DNA of 64,000 nt from an uncultured Verrucomicrobiae bacterium (GTDB lineage Bacteria; Verrucomicrobiota; Verrucomicrobiia; Palsa-1439), in contig CAWEWF010000006.1 in the NCBI GenBank assembly GCA_963812605.1, forward strand, positions 32,001 through 96,000. The letters run 5' to 3'. The notes under the pieces are model-generated. The model saw only the letters and a list, made by a program, of their open reading frames with translations. It was not told where the DNA came from and made no database searches. The position numbers and the translations under genes are program-made. How positions within the stretch are numbered: position 1 is the first letter of the stretch; the number at the start of each line of letters is the position of its first letter. Shown one piece after another: positions 8,953 through 19,645 of this stretch.

Positions 8953-10128
8953 GTGCGCGCTCTCAATATGAGCCAGCTTCAGATCCTCTATTTCGTTTCG
9001 CTGCTGATGGATTTGAGCGTGGCGGGGGTGACGTTTGCCATCGGCCGGCGCGCGGCGGAACTGGGTGCGAGTGCGGCGCAGCTCGGCTGGCTCGGCGCGG
9101 TGTGGATCGGCGTTTATGCCGTGGTCGCGCTGGTGACGGGCCGGCACTCCGACCGCGTGGGCCGCCGCCACTTGGCGATCATCGGCTGCCTCATCGCGGG
9201 AAGCATGGCGTTTGTGTGTTCGCTGACAACGCAAATCGGGTTGCTCCTGTTGTTCAGCGCCATCTTTGGCGGTGGCCTGGCGTGTTTCTGGCCGGCGATC
9301 ATTGCGTGGCTCGGGGAAGGACTCCGCGGACACAAACTCGCGGCCCGGCTGACCGCTTTCGGCGTGGCCTGGAACCTCGGCCTGCTGCTCGGCTTCATTC
9401 TTTCCGGCGTTCTCTTCAAGCACGGGCCGAAACTGGCATTCTATGCATCTGCAGCCTCAATCCTGCTGATCGCGGTCCTCTTGCTACTTCCAGCAAGGCA
9501 GTTGGGGAACAATAATAATGAACCCGCTGATACAGATCTCGCTCCGCACATTCCGCAAGGCCGTGGTTTTCGCAAGACGGCGTGGGTGGCGAATTTTGCG
9601 ACCAACTTCGCGCTGGCCGGCACCACCGCGCTGTTCCCGCAACTCGCCATGCATCTCGGCATTACCGCGGACGTGCATGGCGCACTGCTCGCCGCCGGGC
9701 GCGGCGCGGCACTCGTGGCGTTCGTCGCGCTGCAACTGCTGGTGTCCTGGCGAACGCGTCTCTGGCCGCTGTGGGCGGCGCAATTGGTCTGCGCGGCCAG
9801 CCTCGTGTGGATCGGGCTCGCGAATGCGACGTGGATGTTCGCCGCGGCCTGGATCGTCTGCGGCGCCGTGTCCGGCTACGCGTACCAGGCGAGCATTTAC
9901 TTCACGCTCGAAGAGATGACCGAGAAGGGCAAAGGCAGCGGATTTCACGAGGCCATCATCGGAAGTGGAATGTTCGTCGGCCCGGTGCTGGCGGGTTGGG
10001 TCGGAAGCCATCACTCGCTACGCGCACCATATTTCTTTTGCGCAGCCGTGCTCGTCCTGTTGATCGTCCTCCAGATGGCGCTGGTGTGGACGCGCCGTCA
10101 CTCCGCCAACGTCGTCGTTCGGGTATAA
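8953..10128 (+). CDS. MFS transporter
   Basis: About 12 hydrophobic segments, motif A GRHSDRVGRR. Confidence 0.85.
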   Translation: MRALNMSQLQILYFVSLLMDLSVAGVTFAIGRRAAELGASAAQLGWLGAVWIGVYAVVALVTGRHSDRVGRRHLAIIGCLIAGSMAFVCSLTTQIGLLLLFSAIFGGGLACFWPAIIAWLGEGLRGHKLAARLTAFGVAWNLGLLLGFILSGVLFKHGPKLAFYASAASILLIAVLLLLPARQLGNNNNEPADTDLAPHIPQGRGFRKTAWVANFATNFALAGTTALFPQLAMHLGITADVHGALLAAGRGAALVAFVALQLLVSWRTRLWPLWAAQLVCAASLVWIGLANATWMFAAAWIVCGAVSGYAYQASIYFTLEEMTEKGKGSGFHEAIIGSGMFVGPVLAGWVGSHHSLRAPYFFCAAVLVLLIVLQMALVWTRRHSANVVVRV

Positions 10129-10135
10129 CCGATAC

Positions 10136-10906
10136 TCACTGCCGCACTCCCGCGCGCCCGAACTTCACCGCCTTCTTCTGGATCGGTTCCAGCGCGGGCG
10201 AATTCGGCGCTTTGTCGGTCGCCATCGTGACACGGCGGCGCGCCCAGCGGCAGGCGTTGGCGATCACGCGGATAACATTCGCATCATGATACGTCGGGTA
10301 CGTCTCGTGTCCGGGACGGAAGTAGAAGACCCGGCCATTGCCACGGTCCCAACAACAGCCGCTGCGGAACACCTCGCCGCCCTCGAACCACGAAACAAAG
10401 ATGAGCTTGTCGGGTTCGGGAATATCGAAGCGCTCGCCATACATCTCTTCGTAGGGCAGTTCGAAATACTCGCCCAATCCTTCCGTGATGGGATGACCGG
10501 GCGCCAGGTTCCAGAGGCGCTCCTTCTCGTCGGCCTCGCGCCACTTCAGTGAGCAGTTCGTGCCCATCAACGCACGGAATATCTTCGAGTAGTGCCCGGA
10601 GTGCAGCACGATCAAACCCATCCCCGCCAATATGTGCTGTTGCAGGCGCTTGACCACGTCATCCTTCACGTCCCCATGCGCCACGTGGCCCCACCAAATC
10701 AGCACATCGGTCGCAGTTAAGGCTTCCTCGGTCAATCCATGCTCCGGCTCCTCCAGCGTCGCCGTGCGACAAACCAAATCCTTCGCGCTCGCCAGCCCCT
10801 TGGCAATGGTGACATGCATGCCCTCGGGATAAACCTTCTTCACCGCCTCGTTCTTGCGCTCGTGGCGGAATTCATTCCAAATCGTGACGCGAACCTTGGT
10901 GCTCAT
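10136..10906 (-). CDS. thuA: ThuA-like trehalose utilization protein
   Basis: [51 protein letters not shown]. Confidence 0.88.
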   Translation of the reverse strand: MSTKVRVTIWNEFRHERKNEAVKKVYPEGMHVTIAKGLASAKDLVCRTATLEEPEHGLTEEALTATDVLIWWGHVAHGDVKDDVVKRLQQHILAGMGLIVLHSGHYSKIFRALMGTNCSLKWREADEKERLWNLAPGHPITEGLGEYFELPYEEMYGERFDIPEPDKLIFVSWFEGGEVFRSGCCWDRGNGRVFYFRPGHETYPTYHDANVIRVIANACRWARRRVTMATDKAPNSPALEPIQKKAVKFGRAGVRQ

Positions 10907-10979
10907 GGTGCGGGCTCAATAACAAAATCACCGCTTCGAGGCGAGCGTTTTGTATTTGGAGAGAAACCTACCGCGTCGT

Positions 10980-12095
10980 TCACTGATACAGAACCTTGGT
11001 TGCGATCATATTAAAAACAGCTTGCAGTTGACTGGCGTCGGAAGCGAAGAGAGCTTCGCCGGAGATTTGACTCGGATTGTACACCGACCCCGCCGGATCG
11101 TTGGCGATGTTCCTTAAGAAGTCCTGGTTGAGGCCAGTACCCACACCAATCGAGTAGATGAGAATGTTCGCCGACCGGATCTGGTTAGCCACATTCAAAG
11201 CATGCAGATGTCCTTCATTCCACACATTTTGGTTATTTGCGCTGATCGTCTTTGTCGTGCCATCGATCGAGAGGAACGTGGTGCTATTGCAACTCGGATC
11301 GGCTCCCCCCGCCGGATCCAAGAACTCGTAGCCCCATGGGGGACAACATGAAGTTGAACCCACAAATGGCGGGTCGTCCTGTCCAAGATTGATGGGAGCG
11401 GCACGACAACTGAGATTCGTCTGGAACGTGTTCGCATATCCATCCGTAAAGAATACGATCACTCTTGCGACGCCTTCATTGGTCGGTACGGGCGTATTAT
11501 TGACCAGGTTGAATCCAATCTGCAAGCCGCCCTCGGCGAATGTTCTGCCATTCCAAACCAGGGCATTGGCCGCAGTCGTGATCGCGCTCTTAAACGGCTG
11601 TTGCATCGGCACGTTCGTTACCGCCGTCGATCCAAAACTACTCATGGCTACCTGATCGATGCTGTCGTCGAAATTATTGATGAAGCTGGACACTGCCCCG
11701 AGAAGCACTGCACCGCCGCCACTGCCACACGGAGGAGCACAGCCCATCGACCCAGAGTGGTCCAATACCAGCGCCATGATCGATGGCACCCTGGTCTTCC
11801 GAACTTTATAGAATCGTTGCGTAATAGCCAAAGTGTTCGTGTCTGTGTAGCAGAGCGACAAGTCATTGCTGCCCGCCGTCACCTTGCCATCGGGAAAATC
11901 CTGCCACACACCATTGGGCGAATCCGCAAACATGACGTGATAGGGAATCAGCGGCAGTACCGGCCAGGTAATCGTGACCGAACTGTCCGGGTTTACCTGG
12001 ATGTTTTGAATGAAGAAATTCGTCTGGGCCTTCGCCAGACTGGCGAAAGCCAAAATCCAGATTAGAACGACGCGGGTCACGCGCACATTTTCCAT
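10980..12095 (-). CDS. Secreted VWA-domain protein (TadG-like VWA)
   Basis: Signal peptide ending ASLAKA, MIDAS LVLDHSGSM, FFTDG, IYSIGVG; the longer ORF start falls inside a MITE so the start was moved to 12095. Confidence 0.75.
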   Translation of the reverse strand: MENVRVTRVVLIWILAFASLAKAQTNFFIQNIQVNPDSSVTITWPVLPLIPYHVMFADSPNGVWQDFPDGKVTAGSNDLSLCYTDTNTLAITQRFYKVRKTRVPSIMALVLDHSGSMGCAPPCGSGGGAVLLGAVSSFINNFDDSIDQVAMSSFGSTAVTNVPMQQPFKSAITTAANALVWNGRTFAEGGLQIGFNLVNNTPVPTNEGVARVIVFFTDGYANTFQTNLSCRAAPINLGQDDPPFVGSTSCCPPWGYEFLDPAGGADPSCNSTTFLSIDGTTKTISANNQNVWNEGHLHALNVANQIRSANILIYSIGVGTGLNQDFLRNIANDPAGSVYNPSQISGEALFASDASQLQAVFNMIATKVLYQ

Positions 12096-12151
12096 GCTCC
12101 ATCGAAAGAATAGCACGAATCGTGCAAAAGCGGCAAGAATCAAGGCGGTCG

Positions 12152-12284
12152 GGTAGTATCTTAATTTGCCGCACCTCTCATCGTTCGTGTTTTGTAGCCG
12201 AAGCGTAAGCTTCGGTGGTAGCAATGCGGATTCCCGAAGCTTACGCTTCGGCTACAGTTGGCGGATGAAAATTAAGACATCACC
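12152..12284. mobile_element. 133-bp MITE with terminal inverted repeats and internal REP-like hairpin (copy 1)
   Basis: Ends GGTAGTATCTTAATTT / AAATTAAGACATCACC; inner TGTAGCCGAAGCGTAAGCTTCGG...CCGAAGCTTACGCTTCGGCTACA; flanks GGCGGTCG/GGCGACCG; homologous to 43045-43177. Confidence 0.85.
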
Positions 12285-12295
12285 GGCGACCGCGC

Positions 12296-13537
12296 TTAGT
12301 CGTGGCGCTTCACAATGATCGTGGCGTTGTGACCGCCGAAGCCGAGGGAATTATTCAGGCAGACATCGACCTTCATCGGACGGGCCTTGTTGGGCACGTA
12401 GTCGAGGTCGCAGTCGGGGTCGGGATTCTCGTAGTTGATCGTCGGCGGAACGATCCCGTCGCGAATCGCGAGCGCGCAGACCGCCGTTTCGACCGCACCC
12501 GCGGCGCCGAGCAGATGGCCGGTCATGGACTTGGTGGAACTGACCGCCAGCTTTTTCGCATGCGCGCCGAAGACCTTCTTGATCGCCTGGGTTTCGCATT
12601 TGTCGCCGACAGGCGTTGAGGTGCCGTGAGCATTGATGTAATCGACCTGCTCGGGATTGAGATTCGCGTGCCCCAGGGCCATCACCATGGAACGCGCGGC
12701 CCCTTCGCCCTCGGGAGCGGGCGCGCTCATGTGATACGCGTCCCCCGTGATGCCGTAACCGGCGATCTCACAATAAATTTTCGCGTGACGTTTGCGCGCG
12801 TGTTCAAGCGACTCGAGAATGCACACGCCGGCGCCTTCCCCCATCACAAAGCCGTCGCGCTGCGCGTCGAACGGACGGCTGGCGCGTTCGGGTTCACTAT
12901 TGCGGGTGCTCATGGCTTTCATGGCGCAGAAACCCGCGTAGCCCATTTGCGTGACGGCGGCCTCGCTGCCACCCGCGATCATGATATCCGCGTCATTATG
13001 GACGATGGCTCGCGCCGCTTCTCCCAGCGCATGCGTCGCGGTGGCGCAGGCGGAAACCACCGCAAGATTCGGTCCTTTCGCGCCGAGCAACATCGACACA
13101 TAGCCGCTGGCCATGTTGACGATAAGCATCGGGATCATGAACGGCGACACGCGGCTCGGGCCTTTGCGGACGAGCGTTCCCACCTGGTCTTCAATGGTCT
13201 CCATGCCGCCGATGCCGGAGCCGATGAGCACGCCCACGCGGTTGGCGTCTTCCTTCGACATGTCGATGCCCGCATCCACGACCGCCTTCTTGGCCGCCCC
13301 GACGGCGTACTGCACGAACCGGTCCGTGCGCCGCGTCTCTTTGATGGGCATGAATTCTTCCGGCTTAAAGTCCCGCACCTCGCCGCCGATCTTGCAGTCG
13401 TATTCCGTGGTATCGAAGCGGGTCACGGGCGCGATGCCGCTCTTGCCGGCCAGCAGATTTTGCCAAAACAATTCCAACTCACTGCCCAGTGGCGTGAGGA
13501 CCCCAATACCGGTAATGACGACGCGTCGTTCGCTCAT
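12296..13537 (-). CDS. fabF: 3-oxoacyl-ACP synthase II
   Basis: VSACAT active Cys, YINAHGTSTPVGD, KSMTGHLLGAAG, NSLGFGGHN. Confidence 0.95.
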   Translation of the reverse strand: MSERRVVITGIGVLTPLGSELELFWQNLLAGKSGIAPVTRFDTTEYDCKIGGEVRDFKPEEFMPIKETRRTDRFVQYAVGAAKKAVVDAGIDMSKEDANRVGVLIGSGIGGMETIEDQVGTLVRKGPSRVSPFMIPMLIVNMASGYVSMLLGAKGPNLAVVSACATATHALGEAARAIVHNDADIMIAGGSEAAVTQMGYAGFCAMKAMSTRNSEPERASRPFDAQRDGFVMGEGAGVCILESLEHARKRHAKIYCEIAGYGITGDAYHMSAPAPEGEGAARSMVMALGHANLNPEQVDYINAHGTSTPVGDKCETQAIKKVFGAHAKKLAVSSTKSMTGHLLGAAGAVETAVCALAIRDGIVPPTINYENPDPDCDLDYVPNKARPMKVDVCLNNSLGFGGHNATIIVKRHD

Positions 13538-13561
13538 GGCTTGTCGGAATCAGGAAAAATT

Positions 13562-13600
13562 GGGGCATAAAGTGTGAAATAGCAACTCACTTTATGCCCC
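13562..13600. repeat. Intergenic hairpin between acpP and fabF
   Basis: GGGGCATAAAGTG...CACTTTATGCCCC perfect 13-bp stem; terminator, RNA stabiliser or small repeat. Confidence 0.55.
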
Positions 13601-13662
13601 GCAATTCTACGGCCCTTGTTTCGTCCTCGCTAACTGCGGAACGCCGGGCGCTATCGATCAAA

Positions 13663-13908
13663 TTACTTCTCGCCCCGCTCCTCGATGTATTTGACCACAT
13701 CGCCGACGGTCTGGAGCTTCTCCGCGTCTTCGTCGGGGATCTCCGCGCCAAACTCCTCTTCAAAGGCCATCACCAATTCGACCGTATCGAGGGAGTCCGC
13801 GCCCAAATCTTCGATGAACTTCGCCTCGGGCGTCACCTGGTCGGGATTGACGCCGAGTTGTTCGACAATAATCTCCTTCACTCGGTCTGCTATGGATTTC
13901 TCTGCCAT
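13663..13908 (-). CDS. acpP: Acyl carrier protein
   Basis: [20 protein letters not shown]; GGAGG RBS before MAEKS. Confidence 0.97.
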   Translation of the reverse strand: MAEKSIADRVKEIIVEQLGVNPDQVTPEAKFIEDLGADSLDTVELVMAFEEEFGAEIPDEDAEKLQTVGDVVKYIEERGEK

Positions 13909-13992
13909 TGGCTCCTCCTGTTTCAAATCGTTCGTTTGTTTATGCGAAAACCGGCTCGGTTGTCAAAGTTTTGTTTGCGCTCAAATTCGCCA

Positions 13993-14739
13993 TCACATCG
14001 CGAGGCCGCCGTCCACCGTGACGACTTGCCCGGTCACGTACGCCGCCAGGTCGCTGGCCAGGAACAACACGACGCTGGCCACATCCTCGGCCGTGCCCAA
14101 TCGCCCCAACGCAATCCGCGTCTTCAACATCTCCCGCGCCTCTTCCCCCAGCGCGTTCGTCATCTCGGTCACGATGAAGCCCGGTGCCACCGCATTCGCG
14201 GTGATGCCGCGGGACGCCAGCTCGCGGGCCACGGATTTCGTGAATCCGATGAGGCCCGCTTTCGACGCGGCATAGTTAGATTGACCCGCATTGCCTGTCA
14301 ACCCAATAATTGACGTGATATTGATGACGCGTCCGCTGCGCTGTTTCAGCATCCCCCGGCTGAGCGACTTGGTGAAATTGAACGCGCCTTTCAGGTTGGT
14401 ATTGAGCACCGTGTCCCAGTCATCATCGGTCATCCGCAGCAGCAATTGATCGCGCGTGACGCCCGCATTATTTACCAAAACATCCACACGCCCAAATTCC
14501 TTGAGGATCTTCTCGCAAGTCTCGGCAACCCGCGCGCTATTGGCCACGTCCACCGCAAACGCCGTCGCCTTCCCGCCCGCCTTCACGACCTCCGCCGCCG
14601 TCTCTTCGACATTCGCCAGTGTTCGCCCGCAAGCCGCAATCGCCGCCCCCTCGCCCGCCAACCTCAAAGCGATGGCCTTCCCAATCCCCCGTCCCGCCCC
14701 CGTCACCACCGCCACCTTGTTCTCCAAAAGCTTCTGCAT
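13993..14739 (-). CDS. fabG: 3-oxoacyl-ACP reductase
   Basis: TGAGRGIG, NNAGVTRD, GQSNYAASK, APGFI. Confidence 0.95.
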   Translation of the reverse strand: MQKLLENKVAVVTGAGRGIGKAIALRLAGEGAAIAACGRTLANVEETAAEVVKAGGKATAFAVDVANSARVAETCEKILKEFGRVDVLVNNAGVTRDQLLLRMTDDDWDTVLNTNLKGAFNFTKSLSRGMLKQRSGRVINITSIIGLTGNAGQSNYAASKAGLIGFTKSVARELASRGITANAVAPGFIVTEMTNALGEEAREMLKTRIALGRLGTAEDVASVVLFLASDLAAYVTGQVVTVDGGLAM

Positions 14740-15278
14740 AACGCCCTTCTTAACTGCCTGCGACAGGAAATGTCAACCCCACATCAAGAATTGCGACCTG
14801 AACCAGATCGGACGTTGTCATATCCAGCAACCGAACCCCGCTGGTTTGCAAACCTCGCCCGCATAACGCCTTGCAAACAGCCAACATAACTGGGGGGTTC
14901 GTTTCGCAAAATGGCATGTTTTGGGGCTCCTTCTGCCCTCTATAAACCACTTTCATTCCCGAAGCTATATTGTAGGGCAAGCGCTCTGCTTGCCGCTGGT
15001 GTAGCAGCGTCTCTCCGAGACGCTCCCCATATCGTTCTTCAATTTACAATTCACGTCCCGACCATACCCCTCCCGTCACATCGAGTCCAGGAAAATTATC
15101 GTTTTTAGATATTCAAGTACGCTTCTCCACCGCCGTGTCCGCCAGAAGTTCACTGACAGCGGGAGCTTTAGCGAAGGAGGATTCACCTCCTCGGAGGGGA
15201 TGCGGGGCGCTCCAGACCACCCAGTAGCGAAACCTGAAATTCACTTCGCACGCTTCATTGGTCGTTAATATCCCCAAG

Positions 15279-16550
15279 CTACTGATGGTGCTCGCGACTA
15301 TCTTGCCACCAAGGACTGCTCTCAAGAAACTGAAGGGTTTTCGCAGCAGTCGAGGCTATAGCGGGGTCTCCATCGCGACTTTTCTTCTGCAAGAAAGCGA
15401 TGATTGCCTCATCAAATTCATGGCAACTGCTCAAGCTAGAAATTGCTTTAGCGGCGAGTTCCTTGTCCGGCCCGTCGGCTATTTGGAAAAGCAGAGAAAT
15501 ACACTCCTTGTTGTCGAACTTGCCAAGTTCAGCTATCGCAAATCCTGCAACGTACTTGCTACCGCATTTGGCCAGTTTCATCCAGTACGAAATCTTCCAG
15601 TCACGAACGCCTCCGCCACCGACCGATTCAGTGACCTTAAACGTGTTTGCACTGAGCTCGTAGGCTAACCGAAACCACTCGTCGTTGTGAGTACATTTGA
15701 GATTGTCAGTGTAGTCGAGTATTTGATCGGTAACTACTTGAATGACCTGCACTCGCTCCTCCGGATTCAACTCTTGGTAGAACGCGTTTCGCGTGGAGCT
15801 CCAGAATTCCCGAGCTTCCGCGTCCGACTTCTCCCAGAGTTGCCACGGTTTTTTGCAATCGCGCCAACTAATTCCAAATTCTTCGTCCACTCTATGGTCA
15901 CTGTTGTTCGAGAAGTACGAATTTACCTTTAACATCTTCCCGACCGCCTCTCGCATTCGTCCCGGCTCTGACCATTTCTTTTTTATTGCAGCGTCAATCG
16001 TAGAGGAGTCCACCACAAGAAATGTGATTGGAGAACTTATATGTACTCTCCCATCTTCCAATTGATTCCGGAATTGAAGTGTGTACACCCCGGCCTTGGC
16101 GATCTGGAATAAATCGGTAAGCTTGAATTCAAACTGCTTGACCGACTTCGGACCCACGTGGATGTCCGCTTCATGAGCGAATGTGTGCGGTGTTAGTGCC
16201 GACATTCCACCTTGAGCCCCGCATGCACTCAAAGAAAGGCTTTGACGGAATTCGTCCAGACTTATAACTAGATCGATGTTGGTCAGATTGACCACCGAAA
16301 CAGTGAGCGGCACCGGATCGCCGAGGTTGAAATAACACTTCTCCAGATCCAAGAATACGAACGGCAAGGAGGAGTCAACCTGCTTAAACGACGCTTCGGC
16401 ACGATAGTGCGAATCGATTACGTTCTGCGGCAGCCAAGGAATGTCGGCGCTAGACTGTGCGGAGCAGCAAACGCTCAGGGCGATGCCGATTAACCACTGA
16501 CCGGCTTTCGAAACTTGAAACTTCACCAATTCCCCTTCTTTATTTATCAT
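15279..16550 (-). CDS. Hypothetical exported protein with C-terminal HEAT-like repeats; AT-richer insert in the fab cluster
   Basis: 423-aa ORF, signal-like N-terminus, Ig-like segment, helical repeats AIAELGKF / AAKAISSL / AAKTLQFL. Confidence 0.6.
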   Translation of the reverse strand: MINKEGELVKFQVSKAGQWLIGIALSVCCSAQSSADIPWLPQNVIDSHYRAEASFKQVDSSLPFVFLDLEKCYFNLGDPVPLTVSVVNLTNIDLVISLDEFRQSLSLSACGAQGGMSALTPHTFAHEADIHVGPKSVKQFEFKLTDLFQIAKAGVYTLQFRNQLEDGRVHISSPITFLVVDSSTIDAAIKKKWSEPGRMREAVGKMLKVNSYFSNNSDHRVDEEFGISWRDCKKPWQLWEKSDAEAREFWSSTRNAFYQELNPEERVQVIQVVTDQILDYTDNLKCTHNDEWFRLAYELSANTFKVTESVGGGGVRDWKISYWMKLAKCGSKYVAGFAIAELGKFDNKECISLLFQIADGPDKELAAKAISSLSSCHEFDEAIIAFLQKKSRDGDPAIASTAAKTLQFLESSPWWQDSREHHQ

Positions 16551-16586
16551 GGGGTCAACTCTCCACCGAGCACGCTTAACGCCACT

Positions 16587-17516
16587 CTAAACCTTCAGCT
16601 TCACCACCGTCGCCTCCAGCGTCGGCACGTCGCTCACCGAAAGCATCTCCACGTCCTTGTTGATGCGTTTCATCAGGCCGCTGAGGACGTTGCCGGGGCC
16701 GAGTTCGATGAAACGCGTGAAGCCTTCCGCAACCAGCCACTGCATGGATTCGCTCCAGCGGACCGGGGAGGTGACCTGGCGCACCAACAGTTCCTTGATC
16801 TCGGCGACGCCTCCTGCCGGGCGGGCGGTGACGTTGGAAACAACCTGGACCTTCGGGAACTGCATCGGCAAGCCGGCCAGTGCTGCCGCCACTTTGACTT
16901 TCCCGCTCTCCATGAGGCGCGAGTGATATGCGCCGGCGACCGGCAGTGGGATGGCGCGTTTCGCACCCCTTTCCTTGGCAAGCTCGACCGCCTTCGCAAT
17001 CTTTTCCTTGTCACCGGAAATGACGACCTGTCCGGGAGAGTTGATATTGGCGATGTCCACATCGGCTTCGCGGCAGACTTCCGCCAGCGCCGCGTCGTCC
17101 ATGTTGAGAATGGATGCCATGCCGCCGTTGGTCGCATCGCAGGCTTCCTGCATGAACTGGCCCCGCTGCTGGACCATGCGCAGGCCATCGTCAAAGCTGA
17201 CCGCTTCCGCCGCCGCCAGCGCAGTGAACTCGCCCAATGACAGACCAGCCGTCGCGTCGAACACGAGATCGGGGACCTGGGATTTTAAGGCTTCGAGGCA
17301 CGCGAGGCTCGTGAGAAAAATCGCCGGCTGCGCGTTGTCGGTTTTCGTGAGAACGTCAACGGGTCCTTCAAAACAAATCTTCTGGAGATCGCGTCCGAGC
17401 ACTTCGTTGGCGCGGGCGAAGAGTCGGCGGCAGACATCATACTTCTCGCAAAGATCGCGCCCCATGCCGACAGTCTGGCTGCCCTGCCCCGCGAAAAGGA
17501 GAGCGGTCTTCATCAT
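16587..17516 (-). CDS. fabD: Malonyl CoA-ACP transacylase
   Basis: FAGQGSQ, GLSLGEF, VAGAYHS, ELGPGNVLSGL. Confidence 0.95.
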   Translation of the reverse strand: MMKTALLFAGQGSQTVGMGRDLCEKYDVCRRLFARANEVLGRDLQKICFEGPVDVLTKTDNAQPAIFLTSLACLEALKSQVPDLVFDATAGLSLGEFTALAAAEAVSFDDGLRMVQQRGQFMQEACDATNGGMASILNMDDAALAEVCREADVDIANINSPGQVVISGDKEKIAKAVELAKERGAKRAIPLPVAGAYHSRLMESGKVKVAAALAGLPMQFPKVQVVSNVTARPAGGVAEIKELLVRQVTSPVRWSESMQWLVAEGFTRFIELGPGNVLSGLMKRINKDVEMLSVSDVPTLEATVVKLKV

Positions 17517-17551
17517 AAAGGACTAGCGTTCCCGCCCGAAGATGGTTCGAC

Positions 17552-17621
17552 CCCTCTCCCCTTGGGGGAGCCGAGTTGGACGAGACGCCGTCGTCGTATA
17601 CGGCAAAGGTTGGGTGAGGGG
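17552..17621. repeat. CCTCTCCCCTTGGGGGAG repeat interrupted by a 35-bp mini-element
   Basis: Compared with 5773-5807 it has an insert at 17570-17604 that also occurs at 60024-60058. Confidence 0.7.
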
Positions 17622-17661
17622 TACGCCCGTCTCATTGTAAAGACCGTGGAAGTATTCCACA

Positions 17662-18614
17662 TTACGGCGTTTTCGTGACCTCGGCGCGCGCCTCGGCCGC
17701 CAACGCGGTGCTGAGGTAACGTTCGCCCGTCGATGGCGCAAACGTGACGATCAGCTTGCCCTTGTTCTCCGGGCGCTTCGCGTATTGGATTGCCGCCCAG
17801 ACGTTGGCGCCGGAAGAAATGCCGCAGAGAATTCCTTCCTCCTTCGCCAGCCGCCGCGCCATTATGAACGAATCATCGTTCGACACCGTCAGCACCTCGT
17901 CGATGATGGCCGTGTTGAGGTTCTTCGGGATAAATCCGGCGCCGATGCCCTGGATTTTGTGCGGCCCGGGCTTGCCCCCCCGATCACCGGCGAATCGACC
18001 GGCTCCACCGCCACCGCCTTGAAGCCCGGTTTCTTCGCTTTGATGACTTCGCCAACGCCCGTGATAGTGCCGCCGGTCCCTACTCCCACCACAATCGCAT
18101 CAACCCGGCCACTTGTGTCATCCCAAATCTCCACCGCGGTCGTGCGCCGGTGAATCTCCGGGTTGGCGGGATTGTTGAATTGCTGCGGCATGAACGAGTT
18201 CTTGGTTTCCTTGAGCAATTGTTCCGCTTTGCGGATCGCGCCGGGCATTCCTTCGGCGCCCGGCGTGAGAACCAGTTCGGCTCCGAGCATGCGCAGCAGC
18301 ACGCGGCGCTCGACGCTCATCGTTTCCGGCATCGTGAGCGTCAACCGATAGCCCTTGGCCGCGCAAACAAATGCCAGGGCGATGCCCGTGTTGCCGGAAG
18401 TCGGCTCGATGATCGTTGATTCTTTCCCGATCAGTCCATCGCGCTCCGCCGCTTCGATCATCGACACGCCGATGCGGTCCTTGACGGAACTCACGGGATT
18501 GAAGAACTCGCATTTGACGGCAACCTCCGCGTGGAGTCCTTCTGTGACACGGTTCAGTCGCACCAGCGGCGTTCGCCCGATTGTTTTGGTGATGTCGGCA
18601 AAGATTTGGCCCAT
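17662..18614 (-). CDS. cysK: Cysteine synthase A, frameshifted in a homopolymer near 17975
   Basis: [11 protein letters not shown] (PLP Lys), [15 protein letters not shown]; C-terminus [21 protein letters not shown] in a second frame. Confidence 0.92.
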
Positions 18615-18832
18615 GATCTCCTCGTAGAAAGAATTCGCAGTTGAGAATCCGCAAGTTTCAACTAACCTTGGCTGACTTTTAGGTGAAGCCTGTGGCAAAC
18701 GCAAGCTTGAAAGGTTCCGGCTTGGTCGCCGGCATATCGCGCGTGGCCGGACCGCGATGGATGTCCAGCGGTTTTCGATTTCACAGATACCGTGCCAGCG
18801 GCAGGGAGAATAGATGAAAACCCGTAGAAATG

Positions 18833-18904
18833 AGATTCAGGAGTTGCACGCCAAGGAGGTGGGGGTGGGGAACCCCTCTGAAGAACGTGCAAGCTCCTGA
18901 ATCT
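18833..18904. repeat. Intergenic inverted repeat (MITE-like)
   Basis: AGATTCAGGAGTTGCACG ... CGTGCAAGCTCCTGAATCT. Confidence 0.55.
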
Positions 18905-18995
18905 TCAAAATCGTTTTTCTCTCCGGCACAGAATATAATTACTTGCACTATATTGCAACTAGTTTTTTGCATCGGCAATCCGTGATGGTAACCAC

Positions 18996-19433
18996 ATGAC
19001 AAACCCTGATCTGAATGAGCAAATGGCCGCCTCCGTCGAGCTGGTTAATACGGCGCTCCAGGACTACTCGGACAAGGACTGGAACTATAGCCGCATCTCA
19101 TTGATTATACGCCCATTAGACACATTGGATGGCCCGTATATCCTGCGGCTTGAGTCTCTGGACTTGAAGACAAAACAGGGCCGCGCCGACCTTAAAACGC
19201 TGTCAGACGAAGTGAAATGGGGAGAGCGCCACACTTCCGAACTCGGTATGCTGGAAGTAGTTAGCTTGCGAATCAACAAGGCGCTTCTGGAAGTCAGCAG
19301 TGACGAGCGCTGGCAATTCAAGCGGCCTGTCCTTCGTATCGCGAAGAAAGAATCCCTTGCAGGAAAACAGGATACCTACGCTCTTTGGTATCAAATCAAG
19401 GAGGTGGCAGGCGAGGATTTCGAGAACCGCTAA
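18996..19433 (+). CDS. Hypothetical protein
   Basis: 145-aa ORF with protein-like composition filling the cysK-thiS gap, convergent with thiS. Confidence 0.6.
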   Translation: MTNPDLNEQMAASVELVNTALQDYSDKDWNYSRISLIIRPLDTLDGPYILRLESLDLKTKQGRADLKTLSDEVKWGERHTSELGMLEVVSLRINKALLEVSSDERWQFKRPVLRIAKKESLAGKQDTYALWYQIKEVAGEDFENR

Positions 19434-19645
19434 CCGCCGGCCACTGGCACAATCACCTCAAGGTTGTCGCCGCTCCCGAGCATCGTCTCCGTCAATTCCA
19501 CGCGGCCCAACACCCGTCCGTTGTATTCGACCACGACCTGCGTGGCCTTCCAGCCACACCTAGTGACGAAATTGGCCACCGAGCAGGGCGACCCAATCTC
19601 CTCTTCCTTACCGTTGGCGAAAATCTTGATGGACTCAGGCTTCAT
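19430..19645 (-). CDS. thiS: Sulfur carrier protein ThiS
   Basis: VVVEYNG, GDNLEVIVPVAGG C-terminal GG; follows thiH. Confidence 0.9.
   Translation of the reverse strand: MKPESIKIFANGKEEEIGSPCSVANFVTRCGWKATQVVVEYNGRVLGRVELTETMLGSGDNLEVIVPVAGG

Noticed and set aside
15113-15165. Possible duplicated fabD 3' end beyond the 423-aa insert
   Set aside because: Only a short imperfect match (GCTTCWCCACCGYCG) overlapping repeat-like sequence; too weak
18620-18830. Riboswitch or sigma54 promoter upstream of cysK
   Set aside because: No SAM-I core recognised; the TGGCAC site lacks the -12 GC
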